Part shown: in pieces, positions 48,265-57,811 of the stretch
Layout: every line of letters starts with the position of its first letter
How positions within the stretch are numbered: position 1 is the stretch's first letter
From: Bacteroidales bacterium
GTDB lineage: Bacteria > Bacteroidota > Bacteroidia > Bacteroidales > UBA12077
DNA length: 64,000 nucleotides
Assembly: GCA_028282585.1 (NCBI GenBank)
Contig: JANQHR010000052.1
Span: 68,571-132,570, forward strand
Direction: 5' to 3'
Notes under the pieces: model-generated
What the model saw: the letters and a program-made list of their open reading frames with translations, nothing else
Told to the model about the DNA's origin: nothing
Database searches by the model: none
Position numbers and translations under genes: made by a program

Positions 48265-49392
48265 CTAAAAATACTTTAAGACATATCCTGCCTGCATAAA
48301 TTTACTAACCTCTGTAACAAAACTCAATATCAAATCATTAGGTTTAAGTTTTTCTTCGGAAATAATTCTATCTATGGATATAAATGCCATTGGTGGACCT
48401 GCATATCCCATTGAGGCCATTTTTGAATAAAGTGTATTACGATCAATTCCAAGTTGTTCACATTCATCCATAACCAACTCAGAAATGTGTTTTGAAGGGA
48501 AATTTACCTGAAAGAATGTTAAATCATTTATATTAATCGGGTATTTCTCTAGCATTCTTTTCAAACCCTTCAGGAAAACACTTCCGTCCTCATCATGAAA
48601 ATGTGTTCTTAATTGTTCGTTGAACATTTGTGCCAGGTGGTGATATCCTAACTCATATTCTTCCTTTGGATTCATCCAATATGCTGGTCGTTGATTTTTC
48701 ATTGCTGAAGGCTTTTTCCCTCCAACAGATTCCATATATGTATGTTCAACAAAAAGTCCGTTATTCTTTTCATCTTCAGCTTGTAAAACTAAAGCTCCTG
48801 CTCCGTCGCTCAAAAAGTAGCGAAGAAATAACTCTTCTTTTTTTACCAATTCCTGATTATAGTATTCAGACCTTAGTTCTGATGAAGACATACTTGATGA
48901 TATAACCAATGCGTTCTTGTAACGTCCAGATCTTATAAAATCACTTGCTATTAAAAGTGCTTTATAGGCAGAAGTACAATTTGCGTGTATAGATATTTCA
49001 CCACATTGCTCAATTCCGAGTGCCTCTTGTATTCGAACCGATGCTGTAGGCATTTGATCCTGATGAGCACTTCCATAAACAATTAAATCAATGTCAATAG
49101 GATTGAGTTCTGCATTCTTTAATGCTTTTTGAGCTGCTTTAACAGACATGGTAATATTATCATCTGTAAATTCTCTTGTTTCCGGATCTATAGCAAAATG
49201 ATAATATTCAACCTCCAACATTTCTTTCATCAAATCCCTCATTCGTATCAACCACTTCTGTAATTTTTTTGGAATATTTGTAAGCTCACCCAAATACATA
49301 TCAACCCTATCAATTGGTATTGGCTTCCCTGGTAAATAGGACCCCGATCCAATAAGCTTTACATAGATATCTGAATTTACTTTCTTCATCAA
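48265..49392 (-). CDS. KAS III (FabH)-like thiolase-fold enzyme, non-canonical
   Basis: GSGSYLPG, IDLIVYGS, ANCTS (Cys), LSDGAGALVL; lacks HQAN and GNT. Confidence 0.78.
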   Translation of the reverse strand: MMKKVNSDIYVKLIGSGSYLPGKPIPIDRVDMYLGELTNIPKKLQKWLIRMRDLMKEMLEVEYYHFAIDPETREFTDDNITMSVKAAQKALKNAELNPIDIDLIVYGSAHQDQMPTASVRIQEALGIEQCGEISIHANCTSAYKALLIASDFIRSGRYKNALVISSSMSSSELRSEYYNQELVKKEELFLRYFLSDGAGALVLQAEDEKNNGLFVEHTYMESVGGKKPSAMKNQRPAYWMNPKEEYELGYHHLAQMFNEQLRTHFHDEDGSVFLKGLKRMLEKYPININDLTFFQVNFPSKHISELVMDECEQLGIDRNTLYSKMASMGYAGPPMAFISIDRIISEEKLKPNDLILSFVTEVSKFMQAGYVLKYF

Positions 49393-49393
49393 A

Positions 49394-50044
49394 CTAAATA
49401 GATTTAAATATTTGATTAAAGTTTTTAACTAACTTTTTAGCGACTAATTTCGCTTCTACTAAAACTTCTTTTGTTGAAACAATCTCGTGAATTATTCCCC
49501 ATTCTTTTGCTTGAAAAGGAGAAAAAGTATCTCCAGTTAAAATGAGCTCAATAGCTAAAGATTTACCCACTAATTTTGGGAGAATATATGTTCCAGTACA
49601 ACCCGGAATTAAACCAAAAGTAGTTTCCGGTAAACCAAGAACTGCTTTTTCACCACAAATAATATAATCGCAACATAATGCTAACTCGAACGCAGAACCC
49701 AAACATACACCCCTAACGGCAGCTATAACAGGGATTTTTAATTCTTTTAAAGAGTAAAAAATCTGGCTGTTTTTATTTAAGAATTTGCTAATTTTATCGA
49801 TATCGCCTTCCTGAGTATGACTACGACTAATTATTCCAAGCAGATCGTTTAATACTGCCCCGGAAGAAAAGTGTCTTCCTTTACCATGTATAATTAATGC
49901 TTCGATATCTTTTTCTTCAACAATCTCAGTCCTCCACCAATAAAATTCCTCAAAAAAAACAGGATCCATTGGGTTTGAAGGAGGGTTGTTTAATTCCAAA
50001 AAGCCAATTCGATCTTTTATATACCAATGAAGAACTTTAAACAT
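49394..50044 (-). CDS. Enoyl-CoA hydratase/isomerase family protein
   Basis: FSSGA, PVIAAVRGVCLGSAFELALCCD, GLPETTFGLIPG. Confidence 0.88.
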   Translation of the reverse strand: MFKVLHWYIKDRIGFLELNNPPSNPMDPVFFEEFYWWRTEIVEEKDIEALIIHGKGRHFSSGAVLNDLLGIISRSHTQEGDIDKISKFLNKNSQIFYSLKELKIPVIAAVRGVCLGSAFELALCCDYIICGEKAVLGLPETTFGLIPGCTGTYILPKLVGKSLAIELILTGDTFSPFQAKEWGIIHEIVSTKEVLVEAKLVAKKLVKNFNQIFKSI

Positions 50045-50391
50045 TATTCAATAATTACTAATGTAGCAACATAGTTTCTTGAGTGTGAAATGGAAACCTG
50101 AACATTCTTAATGTTCTTTTGCTTTATTTTTTCTTCAACAATACCTTGAAATGAAATTACAGGTTTGCCGCTTTCTTCATTATCAATTTCAATATCATTG
50201 AATTCATCTCTCAGATCCAAGTAATCTAATATCGATTTCTTAATCAAATACCTCGCCCCCAGTCTTTTAACCGTATTCTTGTGTTCAAGTGATTTTAAAC
50301 CTTGATCAATAACGTGATAATCATCAGAATGTTTAAACAATACTTCCTCTATTTCTTCAAATGATCTTACCTGCTCAATTTCCTTATACAT
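50044..50391 (-). CDS. AcpS-like 4'-phosphopantetheinyl transferase fold protein (degenerate)
   Basis: DIEIDNEESGKP and VSISHS..Y.A are present; the N-terminal GxD and KEA motifs are not seen. Confidence 0.65.
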   Translation of the reverse strand: MYKEIEQVRSFEEIEEVLFKHSDDYHVIDQGLKSLEHKNTVKRLGARYLIKKSILDYLDLRDEFNDIEIDNEESGKPVISFQGIVEEKIKQKNIKNVQVSISHSRNYVATLVIIE

Positions 50392-50398
50392 CTTATAA

Positions 50399-51133
50399 TT
50401 ATTGAAGAGGTTTTACATTTACAGCTAATTTGCAAAACAATTCTGTTTCTGATTTTAGCGCTTCGTTCTTATTCAGTTTTTTTGAGTTTCTAACTGCCTT
50501 CATCACCGAATGAATAACTTCAGTGGAACGATCTTTTATCATATTTTCGAGTTTTTCAATTGCTAGATGTAGTGCATCTTTCTCGTTAGAAATATAATCG
50601 ATCAAACCGATCTCCTTTGCCTTCTCTGCATTTATCATATCTCCATTTAGCAATATTTCATAAGTTCCTTTCTTAACCAGTTGAGTTAATCGATAAATTC
50701 CCCCTAATCCTGGAATTATTTGATGATTTATTTCAGGAAAAGCAAATAAAGCTTTTGAAGAACATAATCGCATATGAGCAGCCAATGCAATTTCCAGTCC
50801 TCCTCCAAAACAAATACCATTTATAGCTGCAATAACAGGAATATCTAAATCTTCCATAAAATCAAGAATTGCTATTCCTTCACTCATCCTTTTATTCAGG
50901 TTATGTTTATCCTTAGCCAGTTGACTAAGTATTTCCATATCTGCTCCCGCTGAGAAGTTTCGTCCTACTCCTGTAATGATAATTCCTTTAAGCTTATTTT
51001 CTGAGGTCCATTTTTTCAGATCATCCAGATTTAGGAAGTCAGGAGTATTCAAATAATTTTCCTTTCCATTGGATATGGATAAAACTCCAATTTCGCCCTT
51101 GCGCTTCCAGTTTACAATATTTGATTTCTCCAT
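50399..51133 (-). CDS. Enoyl-CoA hydratase/isomerase family protein
   Basis: FSAGAD, PVIAAINGICFGGGLEIALA, FPE...IIPG. Confidence 0.9.
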   Translation of the reverse strand: MEKSNIVNWKRKGEIGVLSISNGKENYLNTPDFLNLDDLKKWTSENKLKGIIITGVGRNFSAGADMEILSQLAKDKHNLNKRMSEGIAILDFMEDLDIPVIAAINGICFGGGLEIALAAHMRLCSSKALFAFPEINHQIIPGLGGIYRLTQLVKKGTYEILLNGDMINAEKAKEIGLIDYISNEKDALHLAIEKLENMIKDRSTEVIHSVMKAVRNSKKLNKNEALKSETELFCKLAVNVKPLQ

Positions 51134-51143
51134 TTAATTCTAA

Positions 51144-51527
51144 TTAAATTATTGCTAATAACTTTTCCGGAATGTCTTGCGGAACACGTTCCCGGTCAAT
51201 TAACAAAGTTTTTACTTCGGCTTTAGCCGCTTTTACATTAGCCGTTGAGTTCAGAATGTTATGTTGAAAAATAAGGTAAGGGGCATCAAAACTTATTTGA
51301 GTTTCAACTTTAACATTATCAAATAGTTTGAGTTCGCGTATATAACGGATATTCGTTTCTATAACAACTAATAACAAATTGTTCGATAAAAAAGATTCTA
51401 ACAAACCTGCATTTTTAAGAATTTCCCACCTTGCCTGCTCTGTATAATTTATATAGATAGCATTATTTAGGTGACCGTAAGAATCCAGTTCGTAGCCCCG
51501 TACTTCTGTTTCGAAGGTATATTTCAT
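51144..51527 (-). CDS. Acyl-CoA thioesterase (hot-dog)
   Basis: VRGYELDSYGHLNNAIYINYTEQAR. Confidence 0.9.
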   Translation of the reverse strand: MKYTFETEVRGYELDSYGHLNNAIYINYTEQARWEILKNAGLLESFLSNNLLLVVIETNIRYIRELKLFDNVKVETQISFDAPYLIFQHNILNSTANVKAAKAEVKTLLIDRERVPQDIPEKLLAII

Positions 51528-51651
51528 ATCCGTATTTAAAATGACAGGTAAAATTAATTAGAAAATTGGAGTTTTTTCTAATTTTAATCAAATCTACGGC
51601 CGATTTTATCGAAAAAAGTTTTCTATTTTTATCCAACTAAACATAATTCTG

Positions 51652-52746
51652 ATGCAAAAAAATAGAATCCCAAAATATCCACCTGCAAAAATCCTGAAGT
51701 TATTTGAACGTTTTAGATACTTTTTGGTTCGATTATCTCGTAAGCTTACCCCTGCTAATGTCGCTATAATAGAAATGGTACAAGGGTTTTATGTAACAAA
51801 AGCTATTGGTGTAATTGCCGATCTTAATGTCGCTGATTTTTTAAGTGAAGGAACAAAATCAATATCTGAGATAGCAAAATTAACTGATTCTCATGAGGAA
51901 TCTCTATATCGAATAATGCGAATGCTTGCAAGTCAAGGTGTGTTTGTAGAAAAAAGAAATAGTTTATTTGCAAATAATAGGTTGTCAGAATCTTTGCTTG
52001 ATAAGCGAGATTCTGTGAGGCACATGGTAATTCATCAAGTGAACGGAATTAATTGGAAAATGTTCGAAAAGTTGGATCATGTTGTAAAAACAGGAAATAA
52101 TGCTGCACATGAAATTTTAGGTATGGATGTTTTCGAGTATTTGGAAAAAAATCCGGATAAAAATGAGATTTATAATCAAGCAATGACCAATAACTCTTTG
52201 ATGCTAAGTTATGCGATTCTATCTGAATATGATTTTAGTAAGGCTAAAACCATAATAGATATAGGCGGTGGACAAGGGATTTTACTATCGATGATCTTAT
52301 CAAAGTATAATCATATTCAAGGAAAAGTTTTTGATTTACTCCATGTAGTTAAAGGTGCAAAAAAGATTGCAGAAGAATATAAAGTTTCCGATAGAATAGA
52401 ACTGATTTCAGGCAATTTTTTTGAAAATATCCCGCAAGGTGGTGATATTTATTTATTAAAAAGTATCATACACAATCTTTCGGATAATCAATGCTTAGAG
52501 CTTCTCAAGAAGTTAAAAGATGTTCTGCTGCAAAATGGAAAAATTTTAATTATTGAACCTATTATTGAAAATAATAATCGTTACTCCTTTGCCAAGCTTT
52601 ATGATATTCAAATGTTGGTTAGCCGACAAGGCGGAAAAGAAAGAACAAAAGAAGATTTTAAAGAACTTATTTCAAAGGCTAACTTGAGAATAAATAAGAT
52701 CATTCAAACTGCTGCTCCATTTTCAATCATAGAAATAACTAAATAA
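51652..52746 (+). CDS. O-methyltransferase family 2 (dimerisation + SAM domain)
   Basis: Winged-helix N-terminal part (LYRIMRMLAS.G), DIGGGQG, GNFF...P, KSIIHN, GGKERT. Confidence 0.9.
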   Translation: MQKNRIPKYPPAKILKLFERFRYFLVRLSRKLTPANVAIIEMVQGFYVTKAIGVIADLNVADFLSEGTKSISEIAKLTDSHEESLYRIMRMLASQGVFVEKRNSLFANNRLSESLLDKRDSVRHMVIHQVNGINWKMFEKLDHVVKTGNNAAHEILGMDVFEYLEKNPDKNEIYNQAMTNNSLMLSYAILSEYDFSKAKTIIDIGGGQGILLSMILSKYNHIQGKVFDLLHVVKGAKKIAEEYKVSDRIELISGNFFENIPQGGDIYLLKSIIHNLSDNQCLELLKKLKDVLLQNGKILIIEPIIENNNRYSFAKLYDIQMLVSRQGGKERTKEDFKELISKANLRINKIIQTAAPFSIIEITK

Positions 52747-52778
52747 AAAGCCTGATTTATAAATCAGGCCCTATTTTT
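52745..52778. terminator. Probable bidirectional terminator between convergent genes
   Basis: Perfect palindrome gcctgatttataaatcaggc (52750-52769) flanked by A and T runs. Confidence 0.7.
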
Positions 52779-53172
52779 AAACTGTTGTTGCGTATACTTC
52801 AAATTGCGGAGGTTGCTGCAAATGACGTTTTACAGCACAAAGGTTTGCTGAGTTAATCACTGCATCTTTGTATTTATCAGGAAAACTTTCTGGTAATTGG
52901 ATTTCCAAATCAATCTTATTAATTAACCTCGTTGCAGGATCGGCACTCATTTTTTGTATTATTTTTATATTATCCGAAGATAAACCTCTTTGATCACAAA
53001 AACCTTTTACATAGATCCCTGCGCAAGTTCCCAAGGAAGCCAAAAATAAGTCAAATGGTGTTGGGGCAGTTCCTTCTCCACCTCCTTGAGTTGGTTGGTC
53101 AGTTTTAATAATATTGCCATTCCAATTAGCATTTACTTTCTTATTTCCATCAAAATAAATTTCCATTTCCAT
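52777..53172 (-). CDS. OsmC family protein
   Basis: TDQP..GGG....PTP.DLFLASLGTC and a second Cys in LCAVK. Confidence 0.88.
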   Translation of the reverse strand: MEMEIYFDGNKKVNANWNGNIIKTDQPTQGGGEGTAPTPFDLFLASLGTCAGIYVKGFCDQRGLSSDNIKIIQKMSADPATRLINKIDLEIQLPESFPDKYKDAVINSANLCAVKRHLQQPPQFEVYATTV

Positions 53173-53290
53173 AATAATATTCTTTTAAAAAATTTAACGT
53201 ATATACATATTTAGATTCTTTATTTTACAAAATTGCTGCCAAAGTGAAATAATTCTTTTTCATGCCATACTGACGGTCAATAAAATGAAT

Positions 53291-53334
53291 AAAACAAAAA
53301 ATCCCTGCCAATTTTACTTAACAGGGATTTCTTT
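53291..53334 (-). terminator. Rho-independent terminator
   Basis: aaatccctg...cagggattt stem with an A run, just downstream of the gene ending at 53348. Confidence 0.65.
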
Positions 53335-53347
53335 GTTAAGAAATTAA

Positions 53348-56300
53348 CTATGGTAAGGGTTGCCCCATTATCCATGGAGCACCGAATTCCATTAATTCTT
53401 TTTCAATTGCCGGTATTTTATCTTCCATGATTTCAATTAAATGTGCTCTTAATTCAATGAATTCTTTTTGTGCAATTTCAAGACTTCGTTTGTGCGTTGG
53501 AGTAGGCCCGTAGGTTGAATTCATAGTTCCCATTTGTGCCACGCTAATACGTCTATAAATAGTAGGGTCATCTCTTTCTCCAACCTCATTCTTTGCTTTA
53601 CTTCCAAAAAATTTAATTTCCATTCTTGCTAATTCCATCTTTACATTATGAATTTTTGTATTAAGAACTGTTGGATCTACTTCTGTTCTTGAAAGTGCTT
53701 TTTCCATTAACTTAATTTTATCTTTTGTTTCATCGAGAGCCATAGAAACAGCACTTAATTTTCTTTGCAGTTCTTCAATTTCTTTCCAGAAAGCAACTAC
53801 TTCACTTACGCTTGCTCCTTCTAACGCTCCTTTTCTCATTTCAGCCACCTCGAACTCCATTGGTTCAGATAGGTTAGTCACAACTCCATCAATTTGTTTT
53901 GATAATGTAACAGTATATATACCAGGTTCAACCATATAACCTTGTGGAAACCAACCGGGATTCCCTCCATTTTCACGAATTGCTCTTTTTGATGCTGTTC
54001 TTAAATCCCAACTTACACGATGAAAACCTTTCTTTGCCGGCCCTTTCACTTTTCTAACAACATTCCCATCCATATCCTTTACAGTTAAGATAATTTTAGG
54101 TTTTTCCTGCATTTTCTCTTCATCTAACTTTTCCCACCCAGGAAATGGTATATTTTTATTCTCCTTGGAAAGTGCCTTTTCTTTTTCCTTTCTTATTTCC
54201 GCTATTGTTTTATATTCTTTACCAATATAATAAGTAAATACCGCTCCAAATGGAGGATTAGGTGCCGTATACAGTTGCGCTCCCATAGAACCTTTTTCGC
54301 CACGACCTAAAGGAGATCGTTGCATGTACCACCATGCCTTACGCGTAGGAAATAATGTTGCTTCCTGCTTTAATTGTGTTTCAGAAACTTCGCGAAGCAC
54401 CGAATAATCATCAAACACATAAAAACTCCTTCCAAATGAAGCACCAACTAAGTCATTTTCACGTTTCTGGATAGCCAGATCTCTAAATGAAATTGTTGGA
54501 ATTCCTCCTTTAAATTTAATCCATTTTGATCCGCCATTTATTGTAAAATAGATTCCAAATTCAGTAGCAAGAAACATTAAATCAGGTTTTACGTGATCCT
54601 GAACAATCCTCCATAAAAGCGTTTTATCCGGCATATTACCTTTGATTGATCTCCATGATTTTCCTTTATCCGTGCTTTTATATAAGTAAGGATTTAAATC
54701 TCCAAATTTGTGATTATCCAACACAACGTAAACGGTGTTAACATCAAACATATCTGCTTTAATATCATTAACAAATGCTGTAGAAGGAACTCCCGGTAAA
54801 CTGCCAACTTCTATCTTTCTCCAGTTAGCTCCACCATCTTCGGTTACTTGAATGATCCCATCATCCGTTCCTGCATAAATTAACCCTTCTTGTACTGGTG
54901 ACTCTGCTATAGATGTAATCGTATTATAAACTGACATTGCATCTATATCCCAAGGAGAATCGTAGCTCCAGGTTTTTTCCATTATAGGAAGCTCTATCCT
55001 ATTTTGATTTCGGGTTAAATCGCCGGAAATAGCTGTCCAGGAATCACCGCGATCTTCAGATCTCCAAACCCTTTGTGAAGCAAAATATATTCTGGTCGGT
55101 TTATGCGGGCTTACAAGTATTGGTGCATCCCAATTGAAACGTTCGTACACTTCACCTTCTTCCGGTTGAGGTTGAATATATACTATTTCACCTGTTGTTC
55201 TGTCCGCACGAACTAAATTTCCTTGCTGCCATTCAGCATAAACAATATCAGGATTTCCAGGTTCTGTAGCTGGTTGATGTCCATCTGCGAATAATACAAC
55301 ATCCCAGTCAGAGTTTCTTATGCCACTTAAGTTATCAGTACGCGATGGACCTCCTTGGGTATTATTATCTTGCGTTCCTCCATAGATATTATAAAATGGT
55401 TCGGCATCATCAACAGCTACTTTATAAAATTGAGTTAAAGGTAGGTTAGGAATATATTTCCAGTTTTCCGTAAAATCAAAAGTTTCGTAAATGCCACCAT
55501 CCGTTCCAACCAATAAATAATTAGGATCATCTTTTCTAAAAGTCAAAGAGTGATTATCAGAATGTTTAAACTGTTCTTTCATTCTTTTGAAAGTTTTACC
55601 TCCATCTTCCGAAACTTGCATTCGTACATCAGCTAAATAAATACGATCAAATTGATGCGGACATGCATAAAGTTCCTGATAATAATGAGGTCCTGTAGCT
55701 CCAGAAACAGCATCAGATTGCTTTGCCCATGAAGCTCCACGATCTGTAGATTTATAAACTCCTCCTGTTCTTCTATCAAGTTCTATTGCCGCATAAATAA
55801 CATTCGGTTTTTGGGGAGAAATTGCCAAACCAATTTTACCCATATTCGAGGTTGGTAATCCTTTAGTCAGTTTTTGCCAGGTTTCACCTCCATCTTCTGA
55901 CTTATAAATTGCCGTACCCGGACCTCCTCCCATATATGCAGCTACATTTCTATGTCGTTGCCAGGTTGCTGCATACAATCTGTTTGCATTTCTAGGATCA
56001 ATAACAATATCTGTTACTCCTACCCATTCCGAATCTCCTAAAGTTCTTTTCCAAGTTTTTCCTCCATCAACGGATTTATAAAAACCTCGTTCTCCCCCCT
56101 TTGACCATAAAGGACCTTGAGCTGCCACCCAAATAATATTAGAATTTTCAGGATGAATAATTATTTTTGAAATATGATGAGATTCTTTTAATCCCATATT
56201 TTTCCAACTTGCACCAGCATCTTTACTCAAATAAATTCCATCCCCATAACCAACATGTCGTCCTCCAATGTTTTCGCCTGTTCCAACCCAAACAACATTG

Positions 56301-56611
56301 GGATTATTCTCATCAATGGTCACACAACCAATAGAGTATGATTTTTGTCCATCGAAAATTGGTTTCCATGTAGTACCTGAATTCACTGTTTTCCACACTC
56401 CACCAGAACCAACAGCCACATACCAAATATTATTATTCTCTGGGTGAATAGCAATGTCAGCAATTCTACCTGACATAAATGCAGGTCCGATGTTTCTAAA
56501 TTTTAATCCGGCAAAGTTTGATTCAGAAAATACATCTTTGTCTTTTTTTTCTTGAGCATTTGTTACAATAAAGCAAAGAAATGCAAGAAGAATTAGGGTT
56601 AGTTTTTTCAT
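53348..56611 (-). CDS. VPS10/BNR (Asp-box) repeat beta-propeller protein, glycosyl hydrolase-like
   Basis: Signal peptide; RNIGP...GRI; many S.DGG.TW Asp-box repeats; GGTQDN. Confidence 0.88.
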   Translation of the reverse strand: MKKLTLILLAFLCFIVTNAQEKKDKDVFSESNFAGLKFRNIGPAFMSGRIADIAIHPENNNIWYVAVGSGGVWKTVNSGTTWKPIFDGQKSYSIGCVTIDENNPNVVWVGTGENIGGRHVGYGDGIYLSKDAGASWKNMGLKESHHISKIIIHPENSNIIWVAAQGPLWSKGGERGFYKSVDGGKTWKRTLGDSEWVGVTDIVIDPRNANRLYAATWQRHRNVAAYMGGGPGTAIYKSEDGGETWQKLTKGLPTSNMGKIGLAISPQKPNVIYAAIELDRRTGGVYKSTDRGASWAKQSDAVSGATGPHYYQELYACPHQFDRIYLADVRMQVSEDGGKTFKRMKEQFKHSDNHSLTFRKDDPNYLLVGTDGGIYETFDFTENWKYIPNLPLTQFYKVAVDDAEPFYNIYGGTQDNNTQGGPSRTDNLSGIRNSDWDVVLFADGHQPATEPGNPDIVYAEWQQGNLVRADRTTGEIVYIQPQPEEGEVYERFNWDAPILVSPHKPTRIYFASQRVWRSEDRGDSWTAISGDLTRNQNRIELPIMEKTWSYDSPWDIDAMSVYNTITSIAESPVQEGLIYAGTDDGIIQVTEDGGANWRKIEVGSLPGVPSTAFVNDIKADMFDVNTVYVVLDNHKFGDLNPYLYKSTDKGKSWRSIKGNMPDKTLLWRIVQDHVKPDLMFLATEFGIYFTINGGSKWIKFKGGIPTISFRDLAIQKRENDLVGASFGRSFYVFDDYSVLREVSETQLKQEATLFPTRKAWWYMQRSPLGRGEKGSMGAQLYTAPNPPFGAVFTYYIGKEYKTIAEIRKEKEKALSKENKNIPFPGWEKLDEEKMQEKPKIILTVKDMDGNVVRKVKGPAKKGFHRVSWDLRTASKRAIRENGGNPGWFPQGYMVEPGIYTVTLSKQIDGVVTNLSEPMEFEVAEMRKGALEGASVSEVVAFWKEIEELQRKLSAVSMALDETKDKIKLMEKALSRTEVDPTVLNTKIHNVKMELARMEIKFFGSKAKNEVGERDDPTIYRRISVAQMGTMNSTYGPTPTHKRSLEIAQKEFIELRAHLIEIMEDKIPAIEKELMEFGAPWIMGQPLP

Positions 56612-56769
56612 CTTGAAGTATTTTAGTTAGGTAAAAAGTTAATTAAAAATAAGCTTTTATGCTCTTAAGACATGATATAATTCCAAAAGTTTAATTAGTA
56701 ACTTACAAATATGCAGCAATTTCAATCTTTTACCGTCATTCAAACAATTACATATAAAAACATATTATT

Positions 56770-57774
56770 ATGAAAAAATTTAGCACGTTATTATTCGCTA
56801 TTTTCCTTTTAACCCTAGGTCTGACAAGTTTCGCGCAAAAGGAAGTAAATAAAACTTTTTCTCCAAAAGAAAAAATATCAATTTCTACCGTTAGTGGAGA
56901 TTGTATTATCAAAAAAGGAGATAACGATCAAATAAAAGTTAACTTAATTTATACTTATTCGGACGATTGTTTTGAATATGATTTTACGGAAAGTGTTAAT
57001 TCGTTGATTATTAGAGAAGATTTTAGAGGTAAAAATTGTAAAGGAGAATCGGAATGGATAATTACAACTCCAAGTAATGTAGAGATTAAATTTAATACAG
57101 CTTCCGGTGATTTGGAGTTAAATAGTATTGATAACGATGTTTCTGCAAGCACTGCTTCAGGAGATATGGAATTTAAAAATGTTGGAAAAGAAGTTGATGT
57201 ATCAACGGCAAGCGGAGATATTAAGCTAGACAATATAAATGGTAACTTAACTATTAGTACTGCTTCAGGAAATATTACTGCTAAAAACTGTAAGAATGGT
57301 ATTAAATTATCAACGGCAAGCGGAAATATTAATTTGGAGGATATTAATGGAAAAATTAATTTATCAGCAGCTTCAGGTAATATTACAATCATAAACGCAT
57401 CTGGAGAATTTAAAGTAAAAACGGCAAGCGGAAATATTGATGCCAGAAACATAGAGTTAAATGATAAAAGTTACTTGGGCGCAGCATCCGGGGATGTTTT
57501 GACATCTCTTTCAAAATCTGCGGCATATGACTTAACAATTTCATCGGCTTCGGGAAATTCAATTCTTGATTATAATGGAAATGATATCAAAGGTTTTTTC
57601 GAATTTTCAGCCAGAAAAGACGATGGCACCATTATTTCTCCAATCAAATTTGATAAAGAAGAAGTTGTAGAAAAAAATGGGAAAGATTATGATGTTAAAT
57701 CATTCACAGCAAAAAGCGATAACCCGGTAATTATTATAAAAACCTCATCTGGCAAGGCCCAACTAAAAAAATAA
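56770..57774 (+). CDS. DUF4097 family beta-strand repeat protein
   Basis: Signal peptide; repeated (S)TASG(D/N)I units about every 19 aa. Confidence 0.85.
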   Translation: MKKFSTLLFAIFLLTLGLTSFAQKEVNKTFSPKEKISISTVSGDCIIKKGDNDQIKVNLIYTYSDDCFEYDFTESVNSLIIREDFRGKNCKGESEWIITTPSNVEIKFNTASGDLELNSIDNDVSASTASGDMEFKNVGKEVDVSTASGDIKLDNINGNLTISTASGNITAKNCKNGIKLSTASGNINLEDINGKINLSAASGNITIINASGEFKVKTASGNIDARNIELNDKSYLGAASGDVLTSLSKSAAYDLTISSASGNSILDYNGNDIKGFFEFSARKDDGTIISPIKFDKEEVVEKNGKDYDVKSFTAKSDNPVIIIKTSSGKAQLKK

Positions 57775-57781
57775 ATCAATT

Positions 57782-57811
57782 AAAAAGCCTTGATATTTTA
57801 CCAAGGCTTTT
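57782..57811. terminator. Bidirectional terminator
   Basis: aaaagccttg...caaggctttt between convergent genes. Confidence 0.72.

Noticed and set aside
45008-51133. Polyketide beta-branching cassette (KS0, HMGS, ECH1, ECH2)
   Set aside because: The KS retains its catalytic Cys, the condensing enzyme lacks clear HMG-CoA synthase motifs, and no ACP is present.
56955-57452. Antisense 165-aa ORF and DNA repeats such as acggcaagcgga
   Set aside because: Explained by the TASG repeats of the DUF4097 protein on the + strand.
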